A stretch of 64,000 nucleotides of DNA from assembly GCA_964574965.1 (NCBI GenBank), contig CAZNPR010000001.1:5656-69655 (forward strand), in the 5' to 3' direction. A program made the position numbers and the translations under genes. Below are positions 19,238 through 28,439 of the stretch, piece after piece. Positions within the stretch are counted from its first letter, which is position 1; every line of letters begins with the position of its first letter. A model generated the notes under the pieces. It searched no databases and had not been told where the DNA came from. It saw only the letters and a program-made list of their open reading frames with translations. This DNA is from an uncultured Syntrophomonas sp. Lineage in GTDB: Bacteria; Bacillota; Syntrophomonadia; Syntrophomonadales; Syntrophomonadaceae.

Positions 19238-19277
19238 CTTAAAATAAACACTCCCCTCCTCTTCAAGGGAGGGGAGT
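19238..19277 (-). terminator. Strong intercistronic hairpin between the binding-protein gene and livH
   Basis: Minus strand ACTCCCCTCC-8 nt-GGAGGGGAGT followed by GTTTATTTTAAG. Confidence 0.6.
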
Positions 19278-19296
19278 ATTGAGTGAATTGATTGTT

Positions 19297-20481
19297 TTAT
19301 TTAGGATCGACCTTGGTTTCGTAAACGAACTTGCCGTCCATAACTTTCTTGATAACGGCAGTTTTCGTGGCATCCCCGTTTGCATCCAGCGTGATGATTC
19401 CGGTTGCGCCTTTGAAGTCTTTGGTTGCTGCCAGTGCATCTCTGATGGCAACACTGTCAGCTGTTCCGGCTCTTTCCATAGCATCAAGGGCTAAGATATA
19501 AGTGTCAAATCCCAATGCTGCAAATGCATTGACTTCCTTGTCGGGATATGCCTTTGTGAACTCATTCAGGAAGGTAGTTGATACTTCGGTAACCGGTTCT
19601 TCAGCTGTAAAATGGGTGCTGAAATAAATATCTTTATACTGGGTCACCTGATTGAGGAATTCTTCCGCTTCCCAGGTGTCACCACCCAGAATAGGTACAG
19701 TGATTCCTAATTCTCTGGCTTTGGCAACTAAAATACCGCATTCCAGGAAGTTCCCCGGTGCAAATATAACATCAGGATTCTTGGATTTAACTTCCGTCAG
19801 CTGAGCGGAAAAATCCTTGTCTCCAGTATTGTAGTTCAATTCTGCCACAATAGAAGCATCGCCATTGGTGGCTTTGAATGCTTTTTTAAAATAGCTGCTT
19901 AAACCCACTGAATAATCCTGTTGTACGTCCTGAATAATGGCAGCTGTTTTAGCTCCCAGTGTACCCGTGGCATAATTGGACATAACAGTACCCTGGAAGG
20001 GATCGATAAAGCAGACCCGGAAATAGTAGTCGTTGTCCAGGGTAACAGCCGGATTGGTTGGTGAACATCCAATTACCGGAACTTTTGCATCAAGAGCAAC
20101 CGGTCCACCGGCCATTGATAACGAACTTCCATAACTGCCAATGATCACATTTACATTTTCTTTGCTGATCAGTCTTTCTACAGCATTGGCAGCTTCCTGT
20201 TTTTCTGATTTGTTGTCAACAACGACTAGTTCTACCTTCTTGCCTAAAACTTCAGGATACAGTTGGTTGGCCAGTTTAATACCTTCTACGGTCATTTGGC
20301 CGCCGGCAGCATTGGTTCCGGTCAAAGGTTCATAAACACCGATTTTGATTACATCTGCTGCCTGTTCTTTGTCTGAATCTGCCCCTTTGTCTACAGCTCC
20401 GCCGCACCCTACAGCCAGCATAGACAGCGCAACGATCAGAACTACAATTGTGACATACCTTCTTCTTTTAATACTTAACAA
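19297..20481 (-). CDS. Branched-chain amino acid ABC transporter substrate-binding lipoprotein
   Basis: Lipobox LAVGC after a basic/hydrophobic signal, then a periplasmic-binding type I fold. TTG at 20479-20481 lies 8 nt after GAGGAGG. The track ATG is at 20517. Confidence 0.85.
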   Translation of the reverse strand: MLSIKRRRYVTIVVLIVALSMLAVGCGGAVDKGADSDKEQAADVIKIGVYEPLTGTNAAGGQMTVEGIKLANQLYPEVLGKKVELVVVDNKSEKQEAANAVERLISKENVNVIIGSYGSSLSMAGGPVALDAKVPVIGCSPTNPAVTLDNDYYFRVCFIDPFQGTVMSNYATGTLGAKTAAIIQDVQQDYSVGLSSYFKKAFKATNGDASIVAELNYNTGDKDFSAQLTEVKSKNPDVIFAPGNFLECGILVAKARELGITVPILGGDTWEAEEFLNQVTQYKDIYFSTHFTAEEPVTEVSTTFLNEFTKAYPDKEVNAFAALGFDTYILALDAMERAGTADSVAIRDALAATKDFKGATGIITLDANGDATKTAVIKKVMDGKFVYETKVDPK

Positions 20482-20537
20482 ACGTCCCGCCTCCTCTTTT
20501 TGATGACATGTCCTCATGACATGCTTATTTAGGTATC

Positions 20538-20546
20538 ATTCTATCA
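20538..20546 (-). promoter_or_regulatory. Extended -10 element upstream of the liv operon
   Basis: Minus strand TGATAGAAT, about 55 nt upstream of the proposed start. No good -35. Confidence 0.35.
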
Positions 20547-20743
20547 TATTTTATCGTTTCTACCTTTAACTTTTAATAAATTCAAAAAGGATGATAAAAC
20601 CAATTATCTGATTCTGCCGGTTTGGAGATAAAATAATATATCAATCTATTTATTCATTAGATAAATGAATCATCATTGTATAATAACTTTATCTGCGTTT
20701 ACAATTTATATACATAACCAAGATAAGTAAGGAGGACGGCAAA

Positions 20744-21157
20744 TTGAAATTTTTTACGGAGTATTTGTGGTTTAATACGGCTGAAAGGAAGGAATATATC
20801 CGTATTACTGAGCAGATAAAGGAGATTTTATATAGAAGCGGGATCAAGGAGGGTATGGTACTTGTTAGTGCAATGCATATAACTGCGGGGATCTATGTCA
20901 ACGATAACGAAAGAGGCATTATCAAAGACCTGGATAATATGCTGGAACAATTGGCGCCATTCGGCCCGGACTATCTGCACCATCGTACCGGCGAAGACAA
21001 TGGTGATGCACATCTAAAAAGTCTCTTACTGCACCATCAGGTAATATTGCCGGTGACTGAGGGGAATTTGGATCTGGGCCCCTGGCAGGAAGTGTTTTAC
21101 GCTGAATTTGACGGACAGCGGCGCAAAAGAGTCATTATAAAGGTCATGGGTGAATAG
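20744..21157 (+). CDS. yjbQ: YjbQ/UPF0047 family protein (secondary thiamine-phosphate synthase)
   Basis: 137 aa with the [14 protein letters not shown] and LGPWQ motifs of UPF0047. Confidence 0.85.
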   Translation: MKFFTEYLWFNTAERKEYIRITEQIKEILYRSGIKEGMVLVSAMHITAGIYVNDNERGIIKDLDNMLEQLAPFGPDYLHHRTGEDNGDAHLKSLLLHHQVILPVTEGNLDLGPWQEVFYAEFDGQRRKRVIIKVMGE

Positions 21158-21163
21158 CTGTTG

Positions 21164-21532
21164 CTAATTTTTTTCAGCTAAATCCTTTCTTAGGATCTGG
21201 GCATTTTTAAGATAGATATGTTTGATTTCGTTTGGCTTTTTATCACAGTTGATATGTACCATTGCCCTGATGCATAAAGGCAAGGCCCCAGTCACTTCGA
21301 TCTCCTGAAAACACATGAGCGGAACCATGTCCCAGCCTAATAATCGCCGGGCTTCAGCGGGGAAAGCAGATTTAATGTCATTGGTAACTGATAAAAACAC
21401 ACTGACAATGTCTTCTGTCTCAAATTGGTTTTCCAGCTGGATTTTTTTTAATAACTCGGCGGCAGCTTCAATGACCAGTTCTATGTTATCCGCCTCTACT
21501 GTTATGGCACCCCGGATACCTCTTACTCGCAT
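21164..21532 (-). CDS. aroH: Chorismate mutase, AroH class
   Basis: 122 aa starting MRVRGIRGAITV, as in B. subtilis AroH. ATG lies 6 nt after AAGGAG. Confidence 0.88.
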   Translation of the reverse strand: MRVRGIRGAITVEADNIELVIEAAAELLKKIQLENQFETEDIVSVFLSVTNDIKSAFPAEARRLLGWDMVPLMCFQEIEVTGALPLCIRAMVHINCDKKPNEIKHIYLKNAQILRKDLAEKN

Positions 21533-21547
21533 AGTAATCTCCTTTTA

Positions 21548-21979
21548 TCAGTCAGAGACTGCTCTATGGCCAAGGCCAATGGCCACTTCATCCAAATGCA
21601 GCAGTCCGATCCCCATAAATATTGCAACGCTGATATGATCCTGGTGGCGGGCAATACCAATCTTGCCTCCTACGTTCAGGCCCAGGGCTTTGGGCATGAT
21701 CTGGGCTAAAGCTTCCCGGGCAGCACCTGCAACTGCGCCCTCATCAGCATGGGTTTCTTTAATTACACCTTCTCTTTTGGCCGCGACTACTGATCTTTCA
21801 ACGATCTTGCCTACTGAGCCAATAAATTCTCCCCCGTAATCAACTGCCACTGCCCTTACCTGAGCATTTTCCCATAAAAATTTCTTCAGGCTGCCCTCTT
21901 CCTGCCGGGATGTTGTCAGAGCCATTTTGATTGCAGCGGTCGCTACTACTTTACTGCCGATTTCCAACTGCCATACCAC
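21548..21979 (-). CDS. HutP-family protein (putative ligand-activated RNA-binding antiterminator homolog)
   Basis: C-terminal HISVAIFMGIGLLHLDEVAIGLGH resembles B. subtilis HutP WIAVSLYGTIGAPIKGLEHETFGVGINH. The central THADEGAVAGAAREAL resembles ESHALYHATMEAL. Alternative TTG start at 21967, 8 nt after AAGGTGG. Confidence 0.75.
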   Translation of the reverse strand: MVWQLEIGSKVVATAAIKMALTTSRQEEGSLKKFLWENAQVRAVAVDYGGEFIGSVGKIVERSVVAAKREGVIKETHADEGAVAGAAREALAQIMPKALGLNVGGKIGIARHQDHISVAIFMGIGLLHLDEVAIGLGHRAVSD

Positions 21980-21998
21980 CTTTGGTTTATTGATAGTC

Positions 21999-22508
21999 TT
22001 ATTTTACTATAACTTTACCAATCATTACTATGCTCTGATTGGCTGAATATGTTTTGCCCGGTTCCGGCCAGGCCATGTTCTCAGAAGTTGCCTTGATGGT
22101 AAATTCAACCGGAAAGTCATAGGCAGTACAATCGATTTCAACAATATCACCAGCCATTAAGGGAATTTCCACTTCCCGTTGGTCAAAAGCTGCCCATTGC
22201 TGATCATTGATCAATATTTTTGCCTGGGGAAGTGAAGAGAATTGCTGGATTGTTAAAGTCACGACAGCCTGGGGAGAGTCGATAGCAACCGGCTCGTTTT
22301 CCGTTGCCTCCTGGCTGCCTGCCACGGGGTATTCCAGGCTTTGTCCTTCCATCCTTTCTGCCCAGCTCAAATAAAGGCGAGCAGGTTCATTGACCATTAG
22401 GCCCTGAATAACCACCAACAGGACCATCCCCAGCACAATTATCCTGATCATAATTTTTTCTATTTTATCAATGAGTTTTTTCAAGACTTCTTCTGCACCT
22501 CCCGGCAT
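21999..22508 (-). CDS. Hypothetical membrane-anchored protein
   Basis: 169 aa with a single N-terminal TM (IIVLGMVLLVVIQGLMV) and a soluble beta-rich C-terminal part. No family recognised. Confidence 0.55.
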   Translation of the reverse strand: MPGGAEEVLKKLIDKIEKIMIRIIVLGMVLLVVIQGLMVNEPARLYLSWAERMEGQSLEYPVAGSQEATENEPVAIDSPQAVVTLTIQQFSSLPQAKILINDQQWAAFDQREVEIPLMAGDIVEIDCTAYDFPVEFTIKATSENMAWPEPGKTYSANQSIVMIGKVIVK

Positions 22509-22519
22509 GTTTCTCTTCT

Positions 22520-22547
22520 ATCTTATGCCCGAAGCTGCCATAATATC
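22520..22547 (-). promoter_or_regulatory. Candidate mother-cell (sigma-E/K-like) sporulation promoter
   Basis: Minus strand GATATT, 14 nt, CATAAGAT, compared with the recalled sigma-E consensus ATATT-N14-CATACAnT. CATAAGATA also fits the sigma-K -10 CATAnnnTA. Confidence 0.3.
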
Positions 22548-22634
22548 CTTGATCGTACAACCAAACCCCGGCTTCATTTCAAACTTTAGAAAATAGTCGG
22601 GAAAAGAAGATTGCCGGTCATTAAATGCTCTTGG

Positions 22635-23069
22635 CTATTTCCAATGATCAATTTTCCTCTGTATATAGCTCTTGTAATCGGATATTTCTTCATTGGCTTT
22701 TAATATGATCCTGTCGATATCTGCCTTGTTTATTTCCAGCGTATCCGGAGCAATGGTTTCGATGGTGCGAAATTCTTCTTTCATGGAAAATTTGATGGCA
22801 TCTGCAATCGAATCTGCATAAAAAGAAATCGTTATCGGCGCATATGTAGCTGATTTCCCAGTAATATCATCGGTAACAGAATATACTTCCTGCCCCATAT
22901 CGATTTCTTCAATGAGAATCCCCTGGATCGGTATGTTCCGAAATAGTGTAGCTTGCTGCTGCCTGATTTCTTCCGCCATTTCTTCACTGGTTTTAGAACC
23001 AAAAAACAGTCTTCCATTTTTTTCTCTGCCTACAAAATCAAACCTTACCCGCATCCGAATTTTATCCAT
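22635..23069 (-). CDS. Hypothetical cytoplasmic protein
   Basis: 144 aa from ATG 23067-23069, 8 nt after AGGAGGGGAGGAAG. No family recognised. The track extends to 23126. Confidence 0.55.
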   Translation of the reverse strand: MDKIRMRVRFDFVGREKNGRLFFGSKTSEEMAEEIRQQQATLFRNIPIQGILIEEIDMGQEVYSVTDDITGKSATYAPITISFYADSIADAIKFSMKEEFRTIETIAPDTLEINKADIDRIILKANEEISDYKSYIQRKIDHWK

Positions 23070-23167
23070 TATGCTTCCTCCCCTCCTGGTCAGGTTTAAA
23101 AACTTTACAAAAATATTTAATAACAAACAGCAGTCCGTTTAAAATGCGCCTTAAGCGTTTTTTTCCA

Positions 23168-23899
23168 TTACAGCTTTTTCAATGTATTTTGTGATGTCAT
23201 AATCAATTTTTTCACTTCCTGGCTGCTTAGATAACGATATTCCGCGGCCTTCAGGCCTTTAAGCTTCAAAAAGCCTACCTCCGTTCTTTTCAGATGAATG
23301 ACCGGATGTCCTACAGCCTCCAGCATTCTTCTAACCTGTCTTTTTCTCCCCTCATGAATGATTACTTCCAACAAGGTTTGGGTATTGCTATGTTTTAAAA
23401 CACTAACTCCAGCCGGCGCGGTCATTCCGTCTTCCAATAAGATCCCCTTTTGTAACCGTGTGATGGTATCTTTGGTCACCTTGTCCCGAACCAGTGCTTC
23501 ATATTTTTTATCCATTTTATAGCGGGGATGAATAATGATATTGGCAAAATCACCGTCATTGGTCATAAGCAGCAAGCCTTCTGTATCAAAATCCAACCTG
23601 CCTACCGGATATATCCGGCGGTTTTTTTCTTCTTTTATCAGATCCGTTACTACCGGCCGGCCCCAGGGATCGCTGACACTGCTGATGTAACCTGCGGGTT
23701 TATATAATAATATGTACACTTTTTCGGCAGGCTGCAGCCATTGGCCGTCAACTTCCACCCGGTCCTGCAGGGGATCGATTTTACAGCCTTGTTCTTTTAT
23801 AATATTTCCATTGACAGCCACACGTCCTTCAGCGATCAGGTCCTCGCTTTTACGGCGTGAAGCCACACCTTGTTCAGCCAGATATTTCGCCAATCTCAA
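23168..23899 (-). CDS. rluB: Pseudouridine synthase, RluB/RsuA family, with S4 domain
   Basis: MRLAKYLAEQGVASRR S4 motif and the GRLDFDTEGLLLMTNDG catalytic motif. TTG start after AAGGAAGGA. Confidence 0.88.
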   Translation of the reverse strand: MRLAKYLAEQGVASRRKSEDLIAEGRVAVNGNIIKEQGCKIDPLQDRVEVDGQWLQPAEKVYILLYKPAGYISSVSDPWGRPVVTDLIKEEKNRRIYPVGRLDFDTEGLLLMTNDGDFANIIIHPRYKMDKKYEALVRDKVTKDTITRLQKGILLEDGMTAPAGVSVLKHSNTQTLLEVIIHEGRKRQVRRMLEAVGHPVIHLKRTEVGFLKLKGLKAAEYRYLSSQEVKKLIMTSQNTLKKL

Positions 23900-24044
23900 C
23901 GTTTTATCCTTCCTTTACTCAGACGGTTTATTCTCTGTTTACCTATATTTCTCTATTTATTAACTTTATCCTTTCCTTTGTTACTGATACTATAACAATA
24001 TGATCGATGTTGCCGCCACCTGATGTACAACGGGAGGTTTATTT

Positions 24045-25256
24045 ATGCAGTTGGAGGACAGGGCGCTTGGTGCAATGACTGGCCTGGCCCTTGGGGATGC
24101 TTTAGGGGTCATAACCGAAGGGTTGAGTGCTGAACAAATACGCAGTCATTTCGGTTATATAGAAGATTTCAACACTGCTTCAATGATGGATAAACTGATA
24201 CAACAAGCAGATGACGAAAGAAGTATCAATGCGCTGCAGCGGTTTATTGCACGTTTGCCTCTGCCGGGACTATACAGTGATGATACACAGCAAGCCTTGG
24301 TATTAGCTGATTGCCTAATCAAATGCAAAAAGATCGATACGGATTATATCGCTTCCGCCTACCTCAAAATGGCTTCTTATCCGAGGCAGGATTCTTTGGG
24401 CTTGTTTAGGGGAGTTGGTCCGGGATTTAAAACGGCAGTAAGTAATCTTAAGCAAGGTAAACCTTATTCAGCATGCGGCGCGGTCAGCGCAGGCAACGGT
24501 GCTGCCATGAGAATTACCCCTTTGGGAATTTACTATTATCATGATCATGATTTACTGGAAAAAGCCATAATCGATGTCAGTTTACTCACCCATCGGGATA
24601 TTCGCGGTATTGCTGCTGCCGGAGTTATTGCTTTCGCGGTGGCTTACGCCATCGATCATGACCCCCGCCATATCGATTACATCGATTTACTTGCCGAACT
24701 AACTGTGTTCGTTCGCAGCCTTGAAAAACGACTGTCACTTGATTATCCCTCCATAGTATGGGAAGATTTTACTGTTGATCAGGTTTCAAAATCCATGGAT
24801 ATGCTGCACAGCCTGTTAGATAGCAGCCATGAAGAAGCAATTAAGTGCATGGATAGGTGGGCTGCAGCCATGAGCACTGATCCTGAATGCAAGCATAACC
24901 ATGCTTTTGCACTTGGTTCTGTGCTATTCAGTCTTTATTTGTTTATCAAACATGCAAATGATCCTGCAAATACGCTCCTTACTGCTGTCAATGGCGGCGG
25001 GGATACGGATACCATTGCAGCGATGACAGGAGCTTTATGCGGAGCCCTGCATGGTGCTTCAGCTTTCCCTTCTTCCTGGCACCAGCAGCTGGTCAACCGG
25101 GGACAAATTGAGTTACGCAGCCGGGCATTGGTGAACACCAGTTTTGACCTTCTGCTTCTGGAGGATCTATTCGAATTGGAGAAAGCAGCCTGTAAGAAGG
25201 AAAATGAGTATCGCAGCAGATACCGGCAAATTTTGCAGGAAAAGTTCGGCGTTTAA
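24045..25256 (+). CDS. ADP-ribosylglycohydrolase family protein with C-terminal extension
   Basis: GLALGDALG near the N-terminus and GGDTDTIAAMTGALCGALHG near residue 320. About 60 extra C-terminal residues. Confidence 0.8.
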   Translation: MQLEDRALGAMTGLALGDALGVITEGLSAEQIRSHFGYIEDFNTASMMDKLIQQADDERSINALQRFIARLPLPGLYSDDTQQALVLADCLIKCKKIDTDYIASAYLKMASYPRQDSLGLFRGVGPGFKTAVSNLKQGKPYSACGAVSAGNGAAMRITPLGIYYYHDHDLLEKAIIDVSLLTHRDIRGIAAAGVIAFAVAYAIDHDPRHIDYIDLLAELTVFVRSLEKRLSLDYPSIVWEDFTVDQVSKSMDMLHSLLDSSHEEAIKCMDRWAAAMSTDPECKHNHAFALGSVLFSLYLFIKHANDPANTLLTAVNGGGDTDTIAAMTGALCGALHGASAFPSSWHQQLVNRGQIELRSRALVNTSFDLLLLEDLFELEKAACKKENEYRSRYRQILQEKFGV

Positions 25257-25295
25257 CCGTATTAATAGGTAAATTTAAATATTTTGGAGGAAATT

Positions 25296-25868
25296 ATGCA
25301 AAAAAGCATCGATAAAGATAAAATCGAACAGGCTGTTAGAATGATCCTGGAAGCGATGGGAGAAGATCCTGAACGGGAGGGGTTATTAAATACTCCCCGA
25401 AGAGTTGCCAGTATGTACACCGAAATTTTTTCCGGTTTGGAAGAAAATCCCCGCGATCAGCTGCAGGTATCCTTTACTGAATACCATGATGAATTAGTCC
25501 TGGTCAAAGACATACCTATTTACTCTATGTGCGAACATCATCTGCTGCCCTTTTACGGCACTGCCCATATCGCATATATTCCCAAGGGAGGAAAAATCAT
25601 CGGCATCAGCAAGCTGGCCAGGGTCGCTGAAATTTACTGCAAAAGACCCCAGCTCCAGGAAAGGCTCACTTCCCAAATCGCTGACTGCATCAATGATACA
25701 TTGAACCCCTGGGGGGTTGGAGTAGTGATCTCCGCAGAACACATGTGCATGACCATGCGAGGCATCCGAAAACCCGGCTCCGTCACAGTCACTTCAGCCG
25801 TAAGGGGTGTCTTTGAAAGCAAAGCATCAACCAGAGCCGAGTTTTATTCATTGATCGGGTATAAATAA
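25296..25868 (+). CDS. folE: GTP cyclohydrolase I
   Basis: [21 protein letters not shown] and ERLTSQIA motifs. ATG lies 5 nt after GGAGG. The track TTG is at 25284. Confidence 0.92.
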   Translation: MQKSIDKDKIEQAVRMILEAMGEDPEREGLLNTPRRVASMYTEIFSGLEENPRDQLQVSFTEYHDELVLVKDIPIYSMCEHHLLPFYGTAHIAYIPKGGKIIGISKLARVAEIYCKRPQLQERLTSQIADCINDTLNPWGVGVVISAEHMCMTMRGIRKPGSVTVTSAVRGVFESKASTRAEFYSLIGYK

Positions 25869-25897
25869 AAAACCGGCCAAAAGGCCGGTTTTTTTTA
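25867..25897. terminator. Bidirectional terminator between folE and fhs
   Basis: AAAAAACCGGCC-AAAA-GGCCGGTTTTTTTT, with A and T runs on both sides. Confidence 0.9.
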
Positions 25898-25911
25898 ATA
25901 TTCCTTATGGT

Positions 25912-27579
25912 TTAGAATAGACCGACGATCTCTCCATCCGCATTGATGTCAATTTTTTCTGCCGCCGGGGTTTTACTTAAACCGGGCATCGTCATTATCG
26001 AGCCCGTTAGTGGTACGATAAACCCTGCTCCGGCAGAAAGTCTGACCTCTCCTATCTCCACTTTGAAGCCGCGGGGTCTTCCTTTTAAATCAGGGTTGTC
26101 TGAAAGAGAATATTGGGTCTTGGCACAACATACCGGGAGATTCCCATAGCCTAATTCTTCGTATTTGCTGAGCATTTCGTCAGCAGCAGCAGAATAATTG
26201 ACGCCGTCAGCTCCGTAGATTTCACTGCAGACAGTTTCAATTTTTTGCTTGAGTGGCTGTTCCAATTCGTAAAGGGGCTTAAATTGGCTGGGTGATTCAG
26301 CTGCAGCAATGACCTGCTCTGCTAATTCCAATCCGCCCGCGCCGCCTTTGGCCCAAACCTGTGATAAGGCCACTCTGGCGCCTAAAGCTGCACATTTCTG
26401 CCTGATCAATTCAATTTCTTCCGCAGTATCTCCGGGGAATTCGTTTAAAGATACCACTACCGGCAAGCCATATTTATTTAAGTTTTCCAGTTGTTTTTCC
26501 AGATTCTCAATGCCTTTTTCCAAAGCGGGCATGTTGATTTCGCTTAAATGATCTTTGGCGATTCCGCCATGGTTTTTGAGAGCCCTAACGGTGGCGACTA
26601 AAACCACAGCATTTGGTTTCAAATTGCCGAAGCGGCAGACGATGTCAAAAAACTTCTCTGCTCCCAGATCAGCGCCGAATCCCGCTTCTGTAACCATGTA
26701 GTCGGCCAATTTCAGACCGATCTGTGTGGCCATTATACTATTGGCACCATGGGCGATATTGGCAAAAGGTCCGCCATGGACAAAGGCAGGAGTATTTTCC
26801 AGCGTCTGCACCAAATTCGGTTTAATAGCATCTTTCATGATCAGTGTCATTGAACCGGCGGCTTTTAAGTCATCCGCTGTCACGGGCTTTCCGTCATAGG
26901 TATAGGCAACCACGATTCGTTTGAATCTGGCTTTCAAATCCATTAAATCAGTGGCGAGACATAAGCAGGCCATTACTTCCGAGGCTACGGAAATATCAAA
27001 TCCGGATTCACGCGGTACTCCGTTGATTCTCCCCCCCAGACCGATCACGATGTTACGCAGGGCTCTTTCATTTAAATCCATCACCCGGCGCCACACGATC
27101 CTTCTGGGATCTATATTCAGGTCGTTGCCCTGGTGAATATGGTTGTCCAACATGGCAGCTAAAAGATTGTGGGCGGTGGTAACCGCATGGATATCCCCGG
27201 TGAAATGAAGGTTGATGTCCTCCATCGGCACGACCTGGGAATAGCCGCCGCCGGCAGCCCCTCCCTTAATTCCAAAACTCGGGCCTAATGAAGGTTCTCT
27301 TAATGCTATGATGGCTTTCTTACCCAGAATATTTAATGCTTGTCCCAATCCGACGGTGTTAGTGGTTTTACCTTCACCGGCCGGGGTTGGATTAATGGCT
27401 GTCACTAATACTAATTTTCCGGATGGTTTATCCTTAAGCCGATCCCATACCTGTAATGATACCTTGGCTTTATACTTGCCGTATAACTCGATATCATCGG
27501 CATCAAGCCCTATACTTTCTGCAATTTCAATTATCGGTTTCATAACTGTGCTTTGGGCAATTTCAATATCGGTTTTCAT
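25912..27579 (-). CDS. fhs: Formate-tetrahydrofolate ligase
   Basis: MKTDIEIAQ..., [10 protein letters not shown]-loop and EPSLGP motifs, 555 aa. The track extends to 27642. Confidence 0.93.
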   Translation of the reverse strand: MKTDIEIAQSTVMKPIIEIAESIGLDADDIELYGKYKAKVSLQVWDRLKDKPSGKLVLVTAINPTPAGEGKTTNTVGLGQALNILGKKAIIALREPSLGPSFGIKGGAAGGGYSQVVPMEDINLHFTGDIHAVTTAHNLLAAMLDNHIHQGNDLNIDPRRIVWRRVMDLNERALRNIVIGLGGRINGVPRESGFDISVASEVMACLCLATDLMDLKARFKRIVVAYTYDGKPVTADDLKAAGSMTLIMKDAIKPNLVQTLENTPAFVHGGPFANIAHGANSIMATQIGLKLADYMVTEAGFGADLGAEKFFDIVCRFGNLKPNAVVLVATVRALKNHGGIAKDHLSEINMPALEKGIENLEKQLENLNKYGLPVVVSLNEFPGDTAEEIELIRQKCAALGARVALSQVWAKGGAGGLELAEQVIAAAESPSQFKPLYELEQPLKQKIETVCSEIYGADGVNYSAAADEMLSKYEELGYGNLPVCCAKTQYSLSDNPDLKGRPRGFKVEIGEVRLSAGAGFIVPLTGSIMTMPGLSKTPAAEKIDINADGEIVGLF

Positions 27580-27659
27580 TCTGTTTCTATTCCCCCTAAT
27601 TATTAGATTTTTATTCGCAAGAGAGTTCGACTCCCTTAACATCCCTACTTTTGAATGGT

Positions 27660-28286
27660 CTATTGGATTTGGACCGAAATAGCATTTAAGGCCTGTTCTT
27701 TAGCTGTTCTGGCTGATTCGTTCAAAATTTCCAGCTGCCTGCGGATACTTAAGACATATTCTTCATCTTTGAGGTAAGGCAAATTGATTTTAACATTCAA
27801 CAGTGAGCTTTGCAGACCTGCCCATGCAAGCTCTGCTGCCACACCTACATCACTGCTCACATTCGTATTACATCCGCTGGCGATCTCTGCTGCCAAATCG
27901 AGAACTTCCTTACAGTTAACGGCTGCCTTATAAGGCACCTCCGCTGCCCGGCGGAAACTATTTTGCATTGCTTCTGTCCTTATGTTAGCTTCTGCTTCAT
28001 TTGCTTTGGGCAATTGCAGGGCGGCGATAACTTCATTAAATGCTGCCGCATCTTCATCGATCTGCACAGTCAAATGCTCGTAAAGCTGGTCACTGCGCCT
28101 GAGTATATCACGCATTTGAACTTCGACTGCTTCATAACCTTTTTTCCCGATCGTCAGCCGGGCAACCATGGAAATCAAGCATGCCCCCATGGCTCCTGCG
28201 AGTGCTGCTGCCCCGCCGCCTCCAGGGGCCGGTAAGTCGGATGCCAAATCCTCTAAAAAATCAGTTAACTTCTTTTCAACCAGCAA
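27660..28286 (-). CDS. fchA: Cyclodeaminase/cyclohydrolase family protein (methenyl-THF cyclohydrolase FchA-like)
   Basis: [31 protein letters not shown], typical of the FTCD_C fold. TTG start 7 nt after GGGAGG. Directly upstream of fhs. Confidence 0.82.
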   Translation of the reverse strand: MLVEKKLTDFLEDLASDLPAPGGGGAAALAGAMGACLISMVARLTIGKKGYEAVEVQMRDILRRSDQLYEHLTVQIDEDAAAFNEVIAALQLPKANEAEANIRTEAMQNSFRRAAEVPYKAAVNCKEVLDLAAEIASGCNTNVSSDVGVAAELAWAGLQSSLLNVKINLPYLKDEEYVLSIRRQLEILNESARTAKEQALNAISVQIQ

Positions 28287-28310
28287 TGGCCAACCTCCCT
28301 GTCAAAAATA

Positions 28311-28346
28311 GTTATTAAAATAATCGTGCTCAAAATTCAGCACGAT
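28311..28346 (-). terminator. Terminator-like hairpin in the spmB-fchA intergenic region
   Basis: Minus strand ATCGTGCT-GAATTTTG-AGCACGAT followed by TATTTTAAT. It lies downstream of the predicted promoter at 28374-28401 and about 25 nt upstream of the fchA start. Confidence 0.55.
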
Positions 28347-28373
28347 CAAACCAAAAAGCTATAATCTTTTAGA

Positions 28374-28401
28374 ATTATATCATTAGTTTACAAGGAATCA
28401 A
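28374..28401 (-). promoter_or_regulatory. Candidate sigma-A promoter for fchA-fhs
   Basis: Minus strand TTGATT, 16 nt, TATAAT, with an extended -10 (TGATATAAT). Confidence 0.55.
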
Positions 28402-28439
28402 ATTGAATGAGAAAAATTGTAGAAGAAAATATTCAGAAA

